From Bradymonadia bacterium (GTDB lineage Bacteria > Myxococcota_A > Bradymonadia > UBA7976 > UBA1532): a stretch of DNA of 64,000 bases. Under the pieces are notes generated by a model. That model was not told where the DNA came from and ran no database searches. It saw nothing but the letters and a program-made list of their open reading frames with translations. Location of the stretch: contig JBKAGE010000077.1 of assembly GCA_046290225.1 (NCBI GenBank), forward strand, positions 96,001 through 160,000, read 5' to 3'. Shown piece by piece: positions 28,011-37,539 of this stretch; position 1 is the first letter of the stretch, and every line of letters starts with the position of its first letter. Made by a program: the position numbers and the translations under genes.

Positions 28011-29612
28011 TCAGACCAGGATCCCCGCGACGCAGGCGGTCATGAAGGCGGCGAGGGTGCCGCCGAACATGGCCCTGACCCCGAGCTTGGCCAAATCGGC
28101 CCGACGCCCCGGGGCGATGCTGCCGATGCCGCCGATCTGGATGGCGATGCTGCCGAAGTTGGCAAAGCCGCACAGGGCATAGGTCACGATGGTGATGCTG
28201 CGGGGGCTCAAGGCGTCGGCGCTGGTCTTGAGCATGGCGGAGAGGTCGCCATAGGCCACGAACTCGTTGAGCACCATCTTGGTGCCGAGCAGCTGGCCCA
28301 CCTGCATGCAATCCTGACCTTCGACGCCCATCACATAAGCGAAGGGGTAGAACAGGTAACCAAAGAGCCGGTTGAGGGTGAAGACCTCCCACAGGTTGTC
28401 ATTGAAGTCCGGCGACGAGGCCCCAATGGCTGCTTGGAGCTTGCCCACACACCCAGCAGCATCCTTCCAGGGGATCTGGTCAGGATCACAGCTCTTCAAG
28501 AGGCCTGCGTCGACGCTGATGTTGCTGTTGCTGATGTAGGCCAGGGCGTCTTCGAGCACGCCGCCGTGCTGGATGTACGAGGGCATGGCGAACAGGTAGT
28601 TGACCATGGCCACGAGGGCGATGAAGGCCAACAGCATGGCACCGACGTTGAGGGCGAGCGTGAGGCCGTCACCGGCCCCCCGAGCGGCAGCGTCGATCAT
28701 GTTGGTGGTATCGGCCTTGCCAGCCTTGGCGGTGCCTCCGGCAGTCTCGGGCACCTCGGTCTCGGGCACCATGAGCTTGGCGATGACCAGGGCTGCCGGC
28801 GCCGACATGATCGAAGCGGTGAGCAGGTGGCCGGCGATGTCGGGGAAGTAGGCGCTGAGCATGCCCACATAGGCAGCAAAAACACCACCCGCCACGGTGG
28901 CGAAGCCGCCCACCATGACCGCCATCAGCTCGCTCTGGGTCATCTTGTCCACGTAGGGGCGCACGAGGAGTGGAGCCTCGGTCTGACCCACGAAGATGTT
29001 GCCCGCAGCAGAGAGCGACTCGGCGCCGCTGGTCCGCAGAGTCCGGCGCATGACCCAGGCGAGGCCACCGACGACGCGCTGCATGATGCCCAGGTGGTAG
29101 AGCACCGACATCAATGACGAGAAAAAGATGATCGTAGGCAACACCACAAAGGCCACATAGCCTTTGAAGGTCACGTCGGCGAAGAGCATCTTCGAGCCCT
29201 CGACCGTGAAGCCGATGAGGGTGTTCGCGGCGTCTTTCACCCCTGCGAAGAATGCCGCTCCGGCATCGGTCTTGAGAGCGAGCACCCCAAAGAGGAACTG
29301 CAGCCCCAGGCCGAAGATGATCACCCGCCACTCGAGCTTCTTGCGGTGGGTGCTCATGATCCAGGCGCAGCCCATCATGAAGAACAGGCCCATGAGGCTC
29401 ATCAGCCTGCTGGTGATGGGCACGTCGCCGCTGGCCGCGGCAGCGGCGCCGATGGCTTCAGAGGCCGCAGCCCCACCATCGGCTGCAGCGATGCCCCCTT
29501 GCGCGAACATGAACCCGGCGAAGGCCATGAGGCCGAAGAGAGTGGAGAGCCACATGGTCCGGAGGGTCCGCCGCCCTTGGGGCCCGAGGGGCTCGATCAG
29601 CCTGCGTCGCAT
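28011..29612 (-). CDS. Concentrative nucleoside transporter (NupC/CNT family)
   Basis: GNIFVGQTEAPL, GFATVAGGV, KMVLNEFVAY, YALCGFANFGS; start uncertain. Confidence 0.92.
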   Translation of the reverse strand: MRRRLIEPLGPQGRRTLRTMWLSTLFGLMAFAGFMFAQGGIAAADGGAAASEAIGAAAAASGDVPITSRLMSLMGLFFMMGCAWIMSTHRKKLEWRVIIFGLGLQFLFGVLALKTDAGAAFFAGVKDAANTLIGFTVEGSKMLFADVTFKGYVAFVVLPTIIFFSSLMSVLYHLGIMQRVVGGLAWVMRRTLRTSGAESLSAAGNIFVGQTEAPLLVRPYVDKMTQSELMAVMVGGFATVAGGVFAAYVGMLSAYFPDIAGHLLTASIMSAPAALVIAKLMVPETEVPETAGGTAKAGKADTTNMIDAAARGAGDGLTLALNVGAMLLAFIALVAMVNYLFAMPSYIQHGGVLEDALAYISNSNISVDAGLLKSCDPDQIPWKDAAGCVGKLQAAIGASSPDFNDNLWEVFTLNRLFGYLFYPFAYVMGVEGQDCMQVGQLLGTKMVLNEFVAYGDLSAMLKTSADALSPRSITIVTYALCGFANFGSIAIQIGGIGSIAPGRRADLAKLGVRAMFGGTLAAFMTACVAGILV

Positions 29613-29759
29613 CTGAATACCCACACACTGAGGTGAATGTCCGGGTGAACCTAGACCACGGGCCAGGTGTGCGCAATGGCCTCACACTGCGGGGCAACCC
29701 CGTGGTCGCGCGCCCGAGAATGATGTATGGCTGCGCAACTCCAACATCGAGGTGTAGTG

Positions 29760-30113
29760 ATGGCGACATATGCGTGCAGTGAGTGCGGCGTCCGTCAGGA
29801 GGGCCCAGGGGAATGCCCCGAAGGCCATGGCCCTTTGCTCGATCTCTCCGATGACGAGATCAGGGTGATGCTGGTGGAAGAAGAGGATCGACAGGCGATG
29901 CGCCGCACGCAGAAGATGGTCGCCGTGGCCATGCCCCTCGGCCTGGGCACCCTCTGGATGCTGGAGTACATCCCCGGCTTCACCAAGATCGTGAACTTCG
30001 TGCCCTTCGTGCCCTTCGCGGGCCTCATCATCTGGGCCATCTGTCTCACGGCACTGTGGCTGTTCATCCTGGGCAAGGCCTTCCCATTCAAGCGCCACTT
30101 CGCCGATCTCTGA
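29760..30113 (+). CDS. Small membrane protein with N-terminal Cys/His cluster
   Basis: CSECG...CPEGH followed by two TM helices. Confidence 0.6.
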   Translation: MATYACSECGVRQEGPGECPEGHGPLLDLSDDEIRVMLVEEEDRQAMRRTQKMVAVAMPLGLGTLWMLEYIPGFTKIVNFVPFVPFAGLIIWAICLTALWLFILGKAFPFKRHFADL

Positions 30114-30221
30114 AGCCGCGAGGCCCCTCCCCCTGCCGAGCGCAGGTGAAAACGACAAACCCTTTCATGTACCCATTTGGAACGTGTACGGTCATTGCCG
30201 TCTCTGGAGGGAGCCAAAACC

Positions 30222-30623
30222 ATGCGCCATGTGTGCTGCGTGCTGCTGATTGCGTTGTTGATGTGGGGGTGTGATCCCGACAGTGACGCCGACGACGGGG
30301 GCGTGGCAGGTGCCGGTGGCGCTGGTGCAGCAGGTGGCGCCGCGGGGGGTGGCGGCTCGGCGGACGCCGATGTCTCCTCTGATGCCGAGGTACAGCCTGA
30401 CGCCATGGTCGACGCTGACGCCGGTTTGGAGCCAGACGCCGCACGTGTACCTGATGCCGAGGTGCAGCCTGATGCAGAGGGCCTGCCCGACGCGGGTCCT
30501 CCAGGTACACCGCGCCTCGTGCGCAGCCGCATGACCTGGAGTTCGGGCCCTGCAGGCCGTGGGACCCAGGTCATGCGCTTCGAAGGTGACGGCATTCACG
30601 TCAAAGGGAGGTTGGGCCGATGA
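30222..30623 (+). CDS. Putative lipoprotein
   Basis: Lipobox LMWGC; Gly/Ala linker and PDA repeats; overlaps the next gene. Confidence 0.6.
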   Translation: MRHVCCVLLIALLMWGCDPDSDADDGGVAGAGGAGAAGGAAGGGGSADADVSSDAEVQPDAMVDADAGLEPDAARVPDAEVQPDAEGLPDAGPPGTPRLVRSRMTWSSGPAGRGTQVMRFEGDGIHVKGRLGR

Positions 30624-32182
30624 GGCTGCACACCGTCGCGCGGCTCGCTGCGCTGCTGGCCACACTGTTGACCGCGCTGTCGCTGGGGGCCGGGTCTGTC
30701 TATGCCCAGCCCGTGCTCACCTTCGAAGGCACGCTCGCCGACGACGAGGGTGATCCCATCCCCGGCCCGGTGACGCTGAGCTTCGCCTTCTATGACACCG
30801 ACGAGGGGGGCGATCCCCTCTGGGAAGAGACCTGGCCCGACACCGAGGTGGTCGATGGCGAATTCGTTGTCGAGCTTGGGGCCATCACCCCCTTCCCCGA
30901 CGGCATCTTCGTGCAACCGTCCTTGTACCTCGGCCTCACCATCGACGACGGTGAGGAGTTGAGCCCCCGTCAGGCGGTGAACCCCGTACCCCGCGCCATC
31001 GTGGCCCGAGAAGCCCTCGACGTCACCGGCCGCGACATCCACCCCAACACGGTGAGCATCGGCGACACCACGGTCATCGACGAGAACGGCCAGTGGGTGG
31101 GTGATCCCACCGGGCTCGCTGGACCGCAGGGTGAGCAGGGCCCCGCCGGTGAGCAGGGCCCTCAGGGCCTGCAAGGCGAGCAAGGGCCTCAGGGCGATCA
31201 GGGCCCTCAAGGCATCCAAGGCCAGCAGGGCCTGCAAGGCGATCAAGGCCCACAGGGTGACCAGGGGCCTCAAGGCGATCAGGGCATTCAGGGCCCTCAA
31301 GGCATCCAGGGCCCCCAGGGACCTCAGGGACCTGCCGGCGCTTCTGGGATCGATGCCATGTACGGCAACGGCTCTGGTGGAGATCTGGTCATCGACGGTG
31401 ACGTGATTTGGGATGACAACCTCGCCCCCAACGGCGACGCCTTCGAGACCATCGTGATCCCCCAGGGCAGCCGCCTCATCGTCCCCTCGGGCATGGTCCT
31501 CCGCGCGCGGACCTCCATCGACATCTCCGGTGAGCTGGTGACCTTCTCCAACAACGGCCGCGCGGGCAGCCCCGCAGCCCAGGGGCAGTCCAGCCGGGCG
31601 GCACTGGGCAACACCGGTGGCAGCGCCGCAGGTGCCTGGAACGGTCTCTCCGTCACTCACCTTGCCGGAGGCGCCGGCGCAGGCAAGGGCGCCAGCGCCG
31701 GCGGTGACAGCGGCGGCGCCGTGGGCCTGCTCAGCGGTGGCAACATCACCATCAGCGGCAGCATCCAAGCCCCCGGCAACAACGGCCGCTCCACGGCGAA
31801 CAGCGCCGGCGGCGGCGGTGGCTCTGGTGGTCTCGTGTGGCTCGGGGCCCGAGGCTCCATCAGCGTGCCTGGCGGTATCACCGTCATCGGCGGCAACGGT
31901 GGCGCCGCACAGGGCGGCAACCGCAGCGGTGGTGGTGGCGGAGGCGGCGGCTACATCATCGCGCTCAGCGGCGAGGGCGCAGATCTCGGCGACAACATCA
32001 TCCTCACTGGCGGAAGCGGCGGTGCCAGTGTCGGCAATGGCCGCGCCCCTGGCGGTGGTGGTGGAGCCCTCGGTGGCGACGGTGGCAACGGTGGCACCTC
32101 CAACGCCGCAGCCGCAGCCGGCAACGACGGCATCGTGATCAACCTGCTCGACCCCGAGCCCGCCCTGCGACTGAAGCACTGA
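30620..32182 (+). CDS. Secreted collagen-like protein with Gly-rich C-terminal domain
   Basis: Signal peptide; N-domain ending ELSPRQ; (G-X-Q)n run; repeated GGGGG motifs. Confidence 0.8.
   Translation: MRLHTVARLAALLATLLTALSLGAGSVYAQPVLTFEGTLADDEGDPIPGPVTLSFAFYDTDEGGDPLWEETWPDTEVVDGEFVVELGAITPFPDGIFVQPSLYLGLTIDDGEELSPRQAVNPVPRAIVAREALDVTGRDIHPNTVSIGDTTVIDENGQWVGDPTGLAGPQGEQGPAGEQGPQGLQGEQGPQGDQGPQGIQGQQGLQGDQGPQGDQGPQGDQGIQGPQGIQGPQGPQGPAGASGIDAMYGNGSGGDLVIDGDVIWDDNLAPNGDAFETIVIPQGSRLIVPSGMVLRARTSIDISGELVTFSNNGRAGSPAAQGQSSRAALGNTGGSAAGAWNGLSVTHLAGGAGAGKGASAGGDSGGAVGLLSGGNITISGSIQAPGNNGRSTANSAGGGGGSGGLVWLGARGSISVPGGITVIGGNGGAAQGGNRSGGGGGGGGYIIALSGEGADLGDNIILTGGSGGASVGNGRAPGGGGGALGGDGGNGGTSNAAAAAGNDGIVINLLDPEPALRLKH
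31121..31340 (+). repeat. Collagen-type 9-bp tandem repeats (G-X-Q codons)
   Basis: GPQGEQGPAGEQGPQGLQ... roughly two dozen triplets. Confidence 0.9.
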
Positions 32183-32194
32183 GGGAGAGACCCC

Positions 32195-32719
32195 ATGTCA
32201 GAGCCCTTCATCGGCCAGATCGTCATGTTCGCTGGCAACTTCGCCCCTCGGGGCTGGGCCTTTTGTGACGGCCAGCTGCTGGCCATCAACTCCAACCAGG
32301 CCCTGTTTGCGATCCTGGGCACCACCTACGGCGGTGACGGGCGCACGACCTTCGGCCTGCCCGACTTACGGGGGCGCTTCCCCATGCACCCGGGCAACGG
32401 GCCGGGCCTCAGCCCCAGGCAACTCGGCGCCCGCAGTGGTCAGGAGACGGTCACACTCAACGTGACCCAAATCCCCAGCCACAACCACAACGCCACCCTC
32501 GAGGTCAGCAACACCGCCGCAGATGATCACCAACCTGCGGGGAACTACCTCGGCGCGGCTTCAGCCGACGTCTACACCCAGACCCGCAGCGGCAATGAAA
32601 GCCTCAACAGCGGTGCCACCACGAACACGGGCGGCAACCAGCCGCACGACAACATGCCCCCCTGGCAGACCGTGAACTTCATCATCGCCCTGCAGGGCGT
32701 CTTCCCCTCGCGCAGCTGA
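32195..32719 (+). CDS. Phage tail collar domain protein (MdpB-like)
   Basis: EPFIGQIVMFAGNFAPRGWAFCDGQLL...LGTTYGGDGRTTFGLPDLRGR...PHDNMPP. Confidence 0.92.
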   Translation: MSEPFIGQIVMFAGNFAPRGWAFCDGQLLAINSNQALFAILGTTYGGDGRTTFGLPDLRGRFPMHPGNGPGLSPRQLGARSGQETVTLNVTQIPSHNHNATLEVSNTAADDHQPAGNYLGAASADVYTQTRSGNESLNSGATTNTGGNQPHDNMPPWQTVNFIIALQGVFPSRS

Positions 32720-33189
32720 TGTTGATCCGCCCCCACGTCGTTGACGACGACAGCTGGCTGCTCGCGCTGAGGCAAGCGATCAAAGCCCAGGAGATCAGGC
32801 TCTGGGGGTTGCCAGAGGCAGAGGCACAGAGCCTCGCCGCCGTTCAGACGCAGGCCTGGATGCACAGCCTCGAAGGGCGACCCCACTTCATCGTCGAGAT
32901 CGACGGGCTGCCTGTGGGGGCCGTCGTGCTCGAGCAGACCGCCCCTCACCGGGCGCATCTCGTGGACATCTCGGTCCACCCGGACTGGCAAGGGCAGGGG
33001 CTCGGACGACACATCATGGCCTGGGTGCAGCAACAGGCCTCGGAGATCGAGCTCGAGGTGATCACCCATCTCACCGGACTCGTCTCCTGGTATCAGCGTC
33101 TGGGCTTCACCGTGGTGGACGATCTCGGCCCTCACCTTCACATGCGTTGGGTTGCCCAGCCCCCGAAGGCCCTGGAGACCATGCGATGA
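32719..33189 (+). CDS. GNAT N-acetyltransferase
   Basis: HLVDISVHPDWQGQGLG, WYQRLGF. Confidence 0.85.
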   Translation: MLIRPHVVDDDSWLLALRQAIKAQEIRLWGLPEAEAQSLAAVQTQAWMHSLEGRPHFIVEIDGLPVGAVVLEQTAPHRAHLVDISVHPDWQGQGLGRHIMAWVQQQASEIELEVITHLTGLVSWYQRLGFTVVDDLGPHLHMRWVAQPPKALETMR

Positions 33190-33689
33190 GCGATCCGCTT
33201 CACAGACGCACCGTGCTCAAAGGCGCCACCGCAGCCTGCACCGCCGGGTTGCTCACCCCAACGATGGCTCAGGCCCTCGATGGCGTCGACGTCAGCGCAG
33301 CCGATGTCGCCCGAGGCGACGTGCCCATGCAGATCACCATCGAGCCGGGGCCGCTGCACGGGCTCCGCAGCGGCGGCCTCGAGATTTTGGGCCCTGCTGG
33401 GGCCACCCTCGCCTGGGCCTTCAGCGCGCCTCACTGGTCGGCGGCCGGTGTCAGCCAGCGCATCTGGGCCCACGGCGGTCGAGTGCAGCTGCGGCTCTCC
33501 GCCGACGACGGCCAGGGTGAGCAGCGCCACACGCTCTGGCTGCCGGCGCGGGTGGGGCGCACCCGCCTCTCTCTCCTGCCCAGAGCCGCCCAGCGATCCC
33601 TTCGGGGGCGCGCTGGACGCCCAGAAGGCCCTCACCTGCACATCATCCTGTCGTCAGTCACTGCGGGTGCCCTTGCACAGGGCGATTGA
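33186..33689 (+). CDS. Tat-exported hypothetical protein
   Basis: HRRTVLKGATAA twin-arginine signal; ATGA overlap. Confidence 0.6.
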   Translation: MSDPLHRRTVLKGATAACTAGLLTPTMAQALDGVDVSAADVARGDVPMQITIEPGPLHGLRSGGLEILGPAGATLAWAFSAPHWSAAGVSQRIWAHGGRVQLRLSADDGQGEQRHTLWLPARVGRTRLSLLPRAAQRSLRGRAGRPEGPHLHIILSSVTAGALAQGD

Positions 33690-33721
33690 TTTCCGCAGCT
33701 TCCCTCCTTACCTTCCCGCAG

Positions 33722-34696
33722 ATGCCCTCTTCGGCCCCAACGCTCGCCCCTCTGCTCGACCGGCGGTTCACCGTGATCACCGGCAAGGGTGGAGTGGGCA
33801 AGAGCACCGTCACCGCCCTCCTCGGTCAGCGCGCCGCCGCTGCGGGCCACCGCACGTTGATTTGCGAGCTGAACACCCAGGAGCGGGTGGCCCCCATGTT
33901 CGGCAGGCCGCCGAGTGGCAGCGAGATCACCGCCATCGTCCCCAACCTGTACTCGGTGAACATCGAGCCTCGGGCGGCCATGGAGGAGTACGCCCTGATG
34001 AAGCTCAAGATCAGGGCGATCTACCGGCTGGTCTTCGAAAACCCGCTGGTGCAGCGGTTCGTGCGCTTTATCCCGGGCATGAACGATCTGCTCATGCTGG
34101 GCAAAGCGTTCAACCACGAGCGCGAGCGCACCCGCTCGGGGCGCCCGGTCTGGGATCGCATCATCATCGACGCCCCGGCCACAGGCCACGGCATCTCGCT
34201 GCTGAGGTTGCCGCGCATCATCCGTGATGCAGTCCCTGCGGGGAACATGCACAACGAGGCCGCGGCCATGTGGAATCTGGTCACAGACCCAGAGCGTACG
34301 GCGGTGCACCTCGTCTGCCTGCCCGAAGAGCTGCCGGTACAAGAGACCCGTCAACTGCACGACGCCCTCGTAGACCAACTCGGCGTGCCCATGGGGGCGC
34401 TGTTTCTGAACATGGTGCCACCCCCCCTGCTCGATGACGGGACCCGAGTGCTCTTCGAGACGCTCTCACCGCCTGACGACGACACCGCACGCACCCTGTG
34501 GGATCTGACCACTGTCCGGCAGAAGCGCGAGGCCCTCGCCGCGGGCTATGGCGCCCAGCTCGAATCTCTGGGCATGCCTCTGGTGCAGCTGCCCACGCAG
34601 TACAGCCCGCAGTTCGGCCCCAAAGAGCTCACCCGCCTGGGTCAGGCCCTCGACCAGCAAGCCCTCGGACAGCAGCCCGGCGAGGTGCCTGCATGA
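33722..34696 (+). CDS. ArsA/GET3-family ATPase, first of pair
   Basis: TGKGGVGKST, IDAPATGHG, LPEELPVQET. Confidence 0.88.
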   Translation: MPSSAPTLAPLLDRRFTVITGKGGVGKSTVTALLGQRAAAAGHRTLICELNTQERVAPMFGRPPSGSEITAIVPNLYSVNIEPRAAMEEYALMKLKIRAIYRLVFENPLVQRFVRFIPGMNDLLMLGKAFNHERERTRSGRPVWDRIIIDAPATGHGISLLRLPRIIRDAVPAGNMHNEAAAMWNLVTDPERTAVHLVCLPEELPVQETRQLHDALVDQLGVPMGALFLNMVPPPLLDDGTRVLFETLSPPDDDTARTLWDLTTVRQKREALAAGYGAQLESLGMPLVQLPTQYSPQFGPKELTRLGQALDQQALGQQPGEVPA

Positions 34697-35811
34697 GCGC
34701 AGCCGAGCGTCTGATCAGTGAAGGTCGCCTGCTCATCACCGCCGGCGCCGGCGGCGTGGGCAAGACCACCACGGCGGCGGCCCTCGCGGTGACCGCAGCG
34801 GCCCGCGGACGCCGCACGGCCGTGATCACCATCGATCCCGCCCGACGCCTCGCCGACGCCCTGGGGCTCGACGCCCTCACCAACGCCCCCACTCAGGTCG
34901 ATCCGGCTCTCTTCGAGGCATCTGGGCTTCATGGCGCGGCGCCGTTGCACGCCTTGATGCTCGACATGAAGTCCACCAGCGACGACATGGTCCGCCGCTT
35001 CGCCCCGAGCGACGAGCAGGCCGAGCGCATCTTCGCCAACCCGTACTATCAGTCGTTCTCCAGCGCGCTCCCGGGCACCCAGGAGTACATGGCCATCGAG
35101 CGGGTGCACGGTCTGGTGAGATCGGGCGCCTTCGATCTCGTGGTCCTCGACACCCCACCGGCGGTGCACGCGCTGGACTTCCTCGACGCCCCGGACCGCC
35201 TGCTCTCCGCCTTGGACAACAAGGCCGTGGATTGGGTGCTTCGTGGCCGCGAGGGCGGTTTGCTGGGCCGATCGGCCAACCTGATCTTCAGGGCCCTCAA
35301 CAAGATGACCGGCGGGCCCTTTCTTCAAGATCTCGCCACCTTCTTGAGCACCTTCAGCGTGCTCTTCGACGCCTTCAAGGCTTCGAGCCGTGGGGTGTAC
35401 GCGCTGCTTCGGGAGCCCACGAGCGCCTTCATGATGGTGACCACGCCACACCCGGGGGCCATCGAAGAGGCCGAGGCATTCCTCGAGCAGCTCGCGAGTC
35501 GCGATCTCCACTGTGGCGCTCTAGTGCTCAACCGCGTGCACGAAGATCGACCGCTCGATCCGAGCACGCTGGGTCCGGTGCGGGCGGCGATCTCAGCCCT
35601 GCCGGCTTCAGATCAGGCCACCTTGCAGCGCCTGATGGTGCAGATGGAGGCGGGCTGGGCAGCCCACCAGCGCATGGCTCGACGCGACGCCGAGATGCTC
35701 CAGGCCCTCGACCGGCCACACCTGCCCCCAAACATCCGCATCCCCCTGTTCGCTGAAGATGTCTATGCCCTGAGCGATCTGCACCGCATCGGTGAGTTCA
35801 TGCTGGGCTGA
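34693..35811 (+). CDS. ArsA/GET3-family ATPase, second of pair
   Basis: GAGGVGKTT, TIDPARRLADALG, GTQEYMA, LDTPP. Confidence 0.88.
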   Translation: MSAAERLISEGRLLITAGAGGVGKTTTAAALAVTAAARGRRTAVITIDPARRLADALGLDALTNAPTQVDPALFEASGLHGAAPLHALMLDMKSTSDDMVRRFAPSDEQAERIFANPYYQSFSSALPGTQEYMAIERVHGLVRSGAFDLVVLDTPPAVHALDFLDAPDRLLSALDNKAVDWVLRGREGGLLGRSANLIFRALNKMTGGPFLQDLATFLSTFSVLFDAFKASSRGVYALLREPTSAFMMVTTPHPGAIEEAEAFLEQLASRDLHCGALVLNRVHEDRPLDPSTLGPVRAAISALPASDQATLQRLMVQMEAGWAAHQRMARRDAEMLQALDRPHLPPNIRIPLFAEDVYALSDLHRIGEFMLG

Positions 35812-35838
35812 TCCGCTTCACTCGAAGAGAGCACGCCC

Positions 35839-37530
35839 ATGATCATCCACCACCCCCACCCCTTCTGGTCCCAAGCCCTGCCGCACCGAGGGCGCCCTCA
35901 GACCTCACCCAGTCACGATCCTGCACATGTCGACGAGACGCTCCAGGCGTGGATGACCCAGGTGTGCCCCGAGTGCGAGGCGACCCTGCATCAGCGCCCA
36001 TCATGGCTCGATCCCATGTCTGAGCGCTGCGAGGCGCTGATGCGCGCCGCGGTGACCTGGTGGTCCGGCCCCCGGGAAGTTCACCCGAGCCCCGAGGCCC
36101 TCGGCGGGCTCGTGGCCATCGCCACCGAGAAGTCCTGGGGTCGAGGGGTGGAGGGGAGCAACACGCTGACGCTGCGCAATGGCATCGTGCCCTGGCTCTT
36201 CGCTCACTTCAGCCCGGCCCTGATCATCGAGGCCCTGGCGACAGTGACGGGGATCAGCGCGGTGAACAAGCAAGGCCCCGAAGGCACCTTCGTGGTTCTG
36301 GTGCGAGGCCACGAGGCGTGCAGCACGGATGCCGACGAGCGCCTGTGGCACGAAACGCGCCGAGGGCTGTCGGTGGCCACTGACGTGGCCTGGCAAGATG
36401 CTCTACAGGCCGCCGAGCGCGCCTTCACCGAAGCCACACCTCCGCTGAAGTGCTTCATCGCCCTGGCGTTTCCCGAGCACCGTCTCTTCGCCGAACAGGC
36501 CCTCGTCGCCATCGACACCCCACAGCTGAAGGGCTGGTTTGCCCAGCTCGAGCGATACCCTCGATCCGACGAGCCCCGGCGCCATCACCTGCGGGCCCTG
36601 CTCACAGTGTGCCCTGAGGCGCGCTGGGCCCGATGGCTCGTCGGCGCCTTTCGTGGGTGGTCTCTCGACGACGTGGCCTGCCTCGGGCTCCTTGAGAGCC
36701 TGGGCGCAGATGCGGTGCCAGTGCTGCTGTACGCCGTCGATCGATATGCCACGGAGCATGGCGGCATCTCGGGGCGTGGGGTCCTGATGGCCTTGCAAGT
36801 GGTGGAGGACGCCGACACCCTCGTCCACCTGCTGCCGCTGCTCGCCCACCGTATTTCCAGCGCCAATGACATGTCGGCGAAGCAGATCAAAGAGTACGTC
36901 CGGCTCTTGATTCAGCGCTACCCGGAGACCGCTCGCGCCGCCTTCTCCGCCTTGAACACGCCCCTCGCCCAGCAGGCCCTGGGGCTGGTGGGGCGCTGGC
37001 CTCCCCTCGGTGACGACACGGTCTCTGTAGAGGTCCTGCCCCCAATGCCACAGGGGAAAAAGCAGCCCAAGCCACCCCGGTTCGTCGTCTTGCCAGCATT
37101 GAGCCGGCCACGCACGGCCACAGGTGCGGCCCTCGACGATCCAGGCCTCACCCATTTGCTGGCTCTTGCTCGGGTATGTCCGGAGGGCAGCGCCGAGCTC
37201 GACGCGGTGTGCTCAGCCTTCACCGCCGACAGCCTCGCCGACTTCGCCTGGTCGCTTTATTTGCAGTGGACCATTCACAGCGGCGCCGCCAGCACCCGCT
37301 GGATGCCTCGAGCGCTCGTCTGGACCGCCACCGTCACCACCCTCGACCGGCTTGAGGGGGCCATCGAGAGCTGGCAAAAAAGCTCGGCGCTCAAGCTGCT
37401 TGAGCTGGCCTTGGACGTCTGTGTCGCGGTGGGCGGAGAAGCAGGGCGGGTGCAGATCGAAGCCATCATCGACGGCTCGAATCACAAGAAGGTGATCAAA
37501 CTGGGGCAGGCGCGCCTCGCGGCGCTGTGA
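35839..37530 (+). CDS. Hypothetical protein with MolR/DUF4132-associated helical region
   Basis: SLADFAWSLYLQW...RW segment resembles the region preceding DUF4132. Confidence 0.5.
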   Translation: MIIHHPHPFWSQALPHRGRPQTSPSHDPAHVDETLQAWMTQVCPECEATLHQRPSWLDPMSERCEALMRAAVTWWSGPREVHPSPEALGGLVAIATEKSWGRGVEGSNTLTLRNGIVPWLFAHFSPALIIEALATVTGISAVNKQGPEGTFVVLVRGHEACSTDADERLWHETRRGLSVATDVAWQDALQAAERAFTEATPPLKCFIALAFPEHRLFAEQALVAIDTPQLKGWFAQLERYPRSDEPRRHHLRALLTVCPEARWARWLVGAFRGWSLDDVACLGLLESLGADAVPVLLYAVDRYATEHGGISGRGVLMALQVVEDADTLVHLLPLLAHRISSANDMSAKQIKEYVRLLIQRYPETARAAFSALNTPLAQQALGLVGRWPPLGDDTVSVEVLPPMPQGKKQPKPPRFVVLPALSRPRTATGAALDDPGLTHLLALARVCPEGSAELDAVCSAFTADSLADFAWSLYLQWTIHSGAASTRWMPRALVWTATVTTLDRLEGAIESWQKSSALKLLELALDVCVAVGGEAGRVQIEAIIDGSNHKKVIKLGQARLAAL

Positions 37531-37539
37531 GGTGGCTGA

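Noticed and set aside
30620..32719. Prophage or tailocin
   Set aside because: No capsid, terminase, sheath, tube, baseplate or lysis genes.
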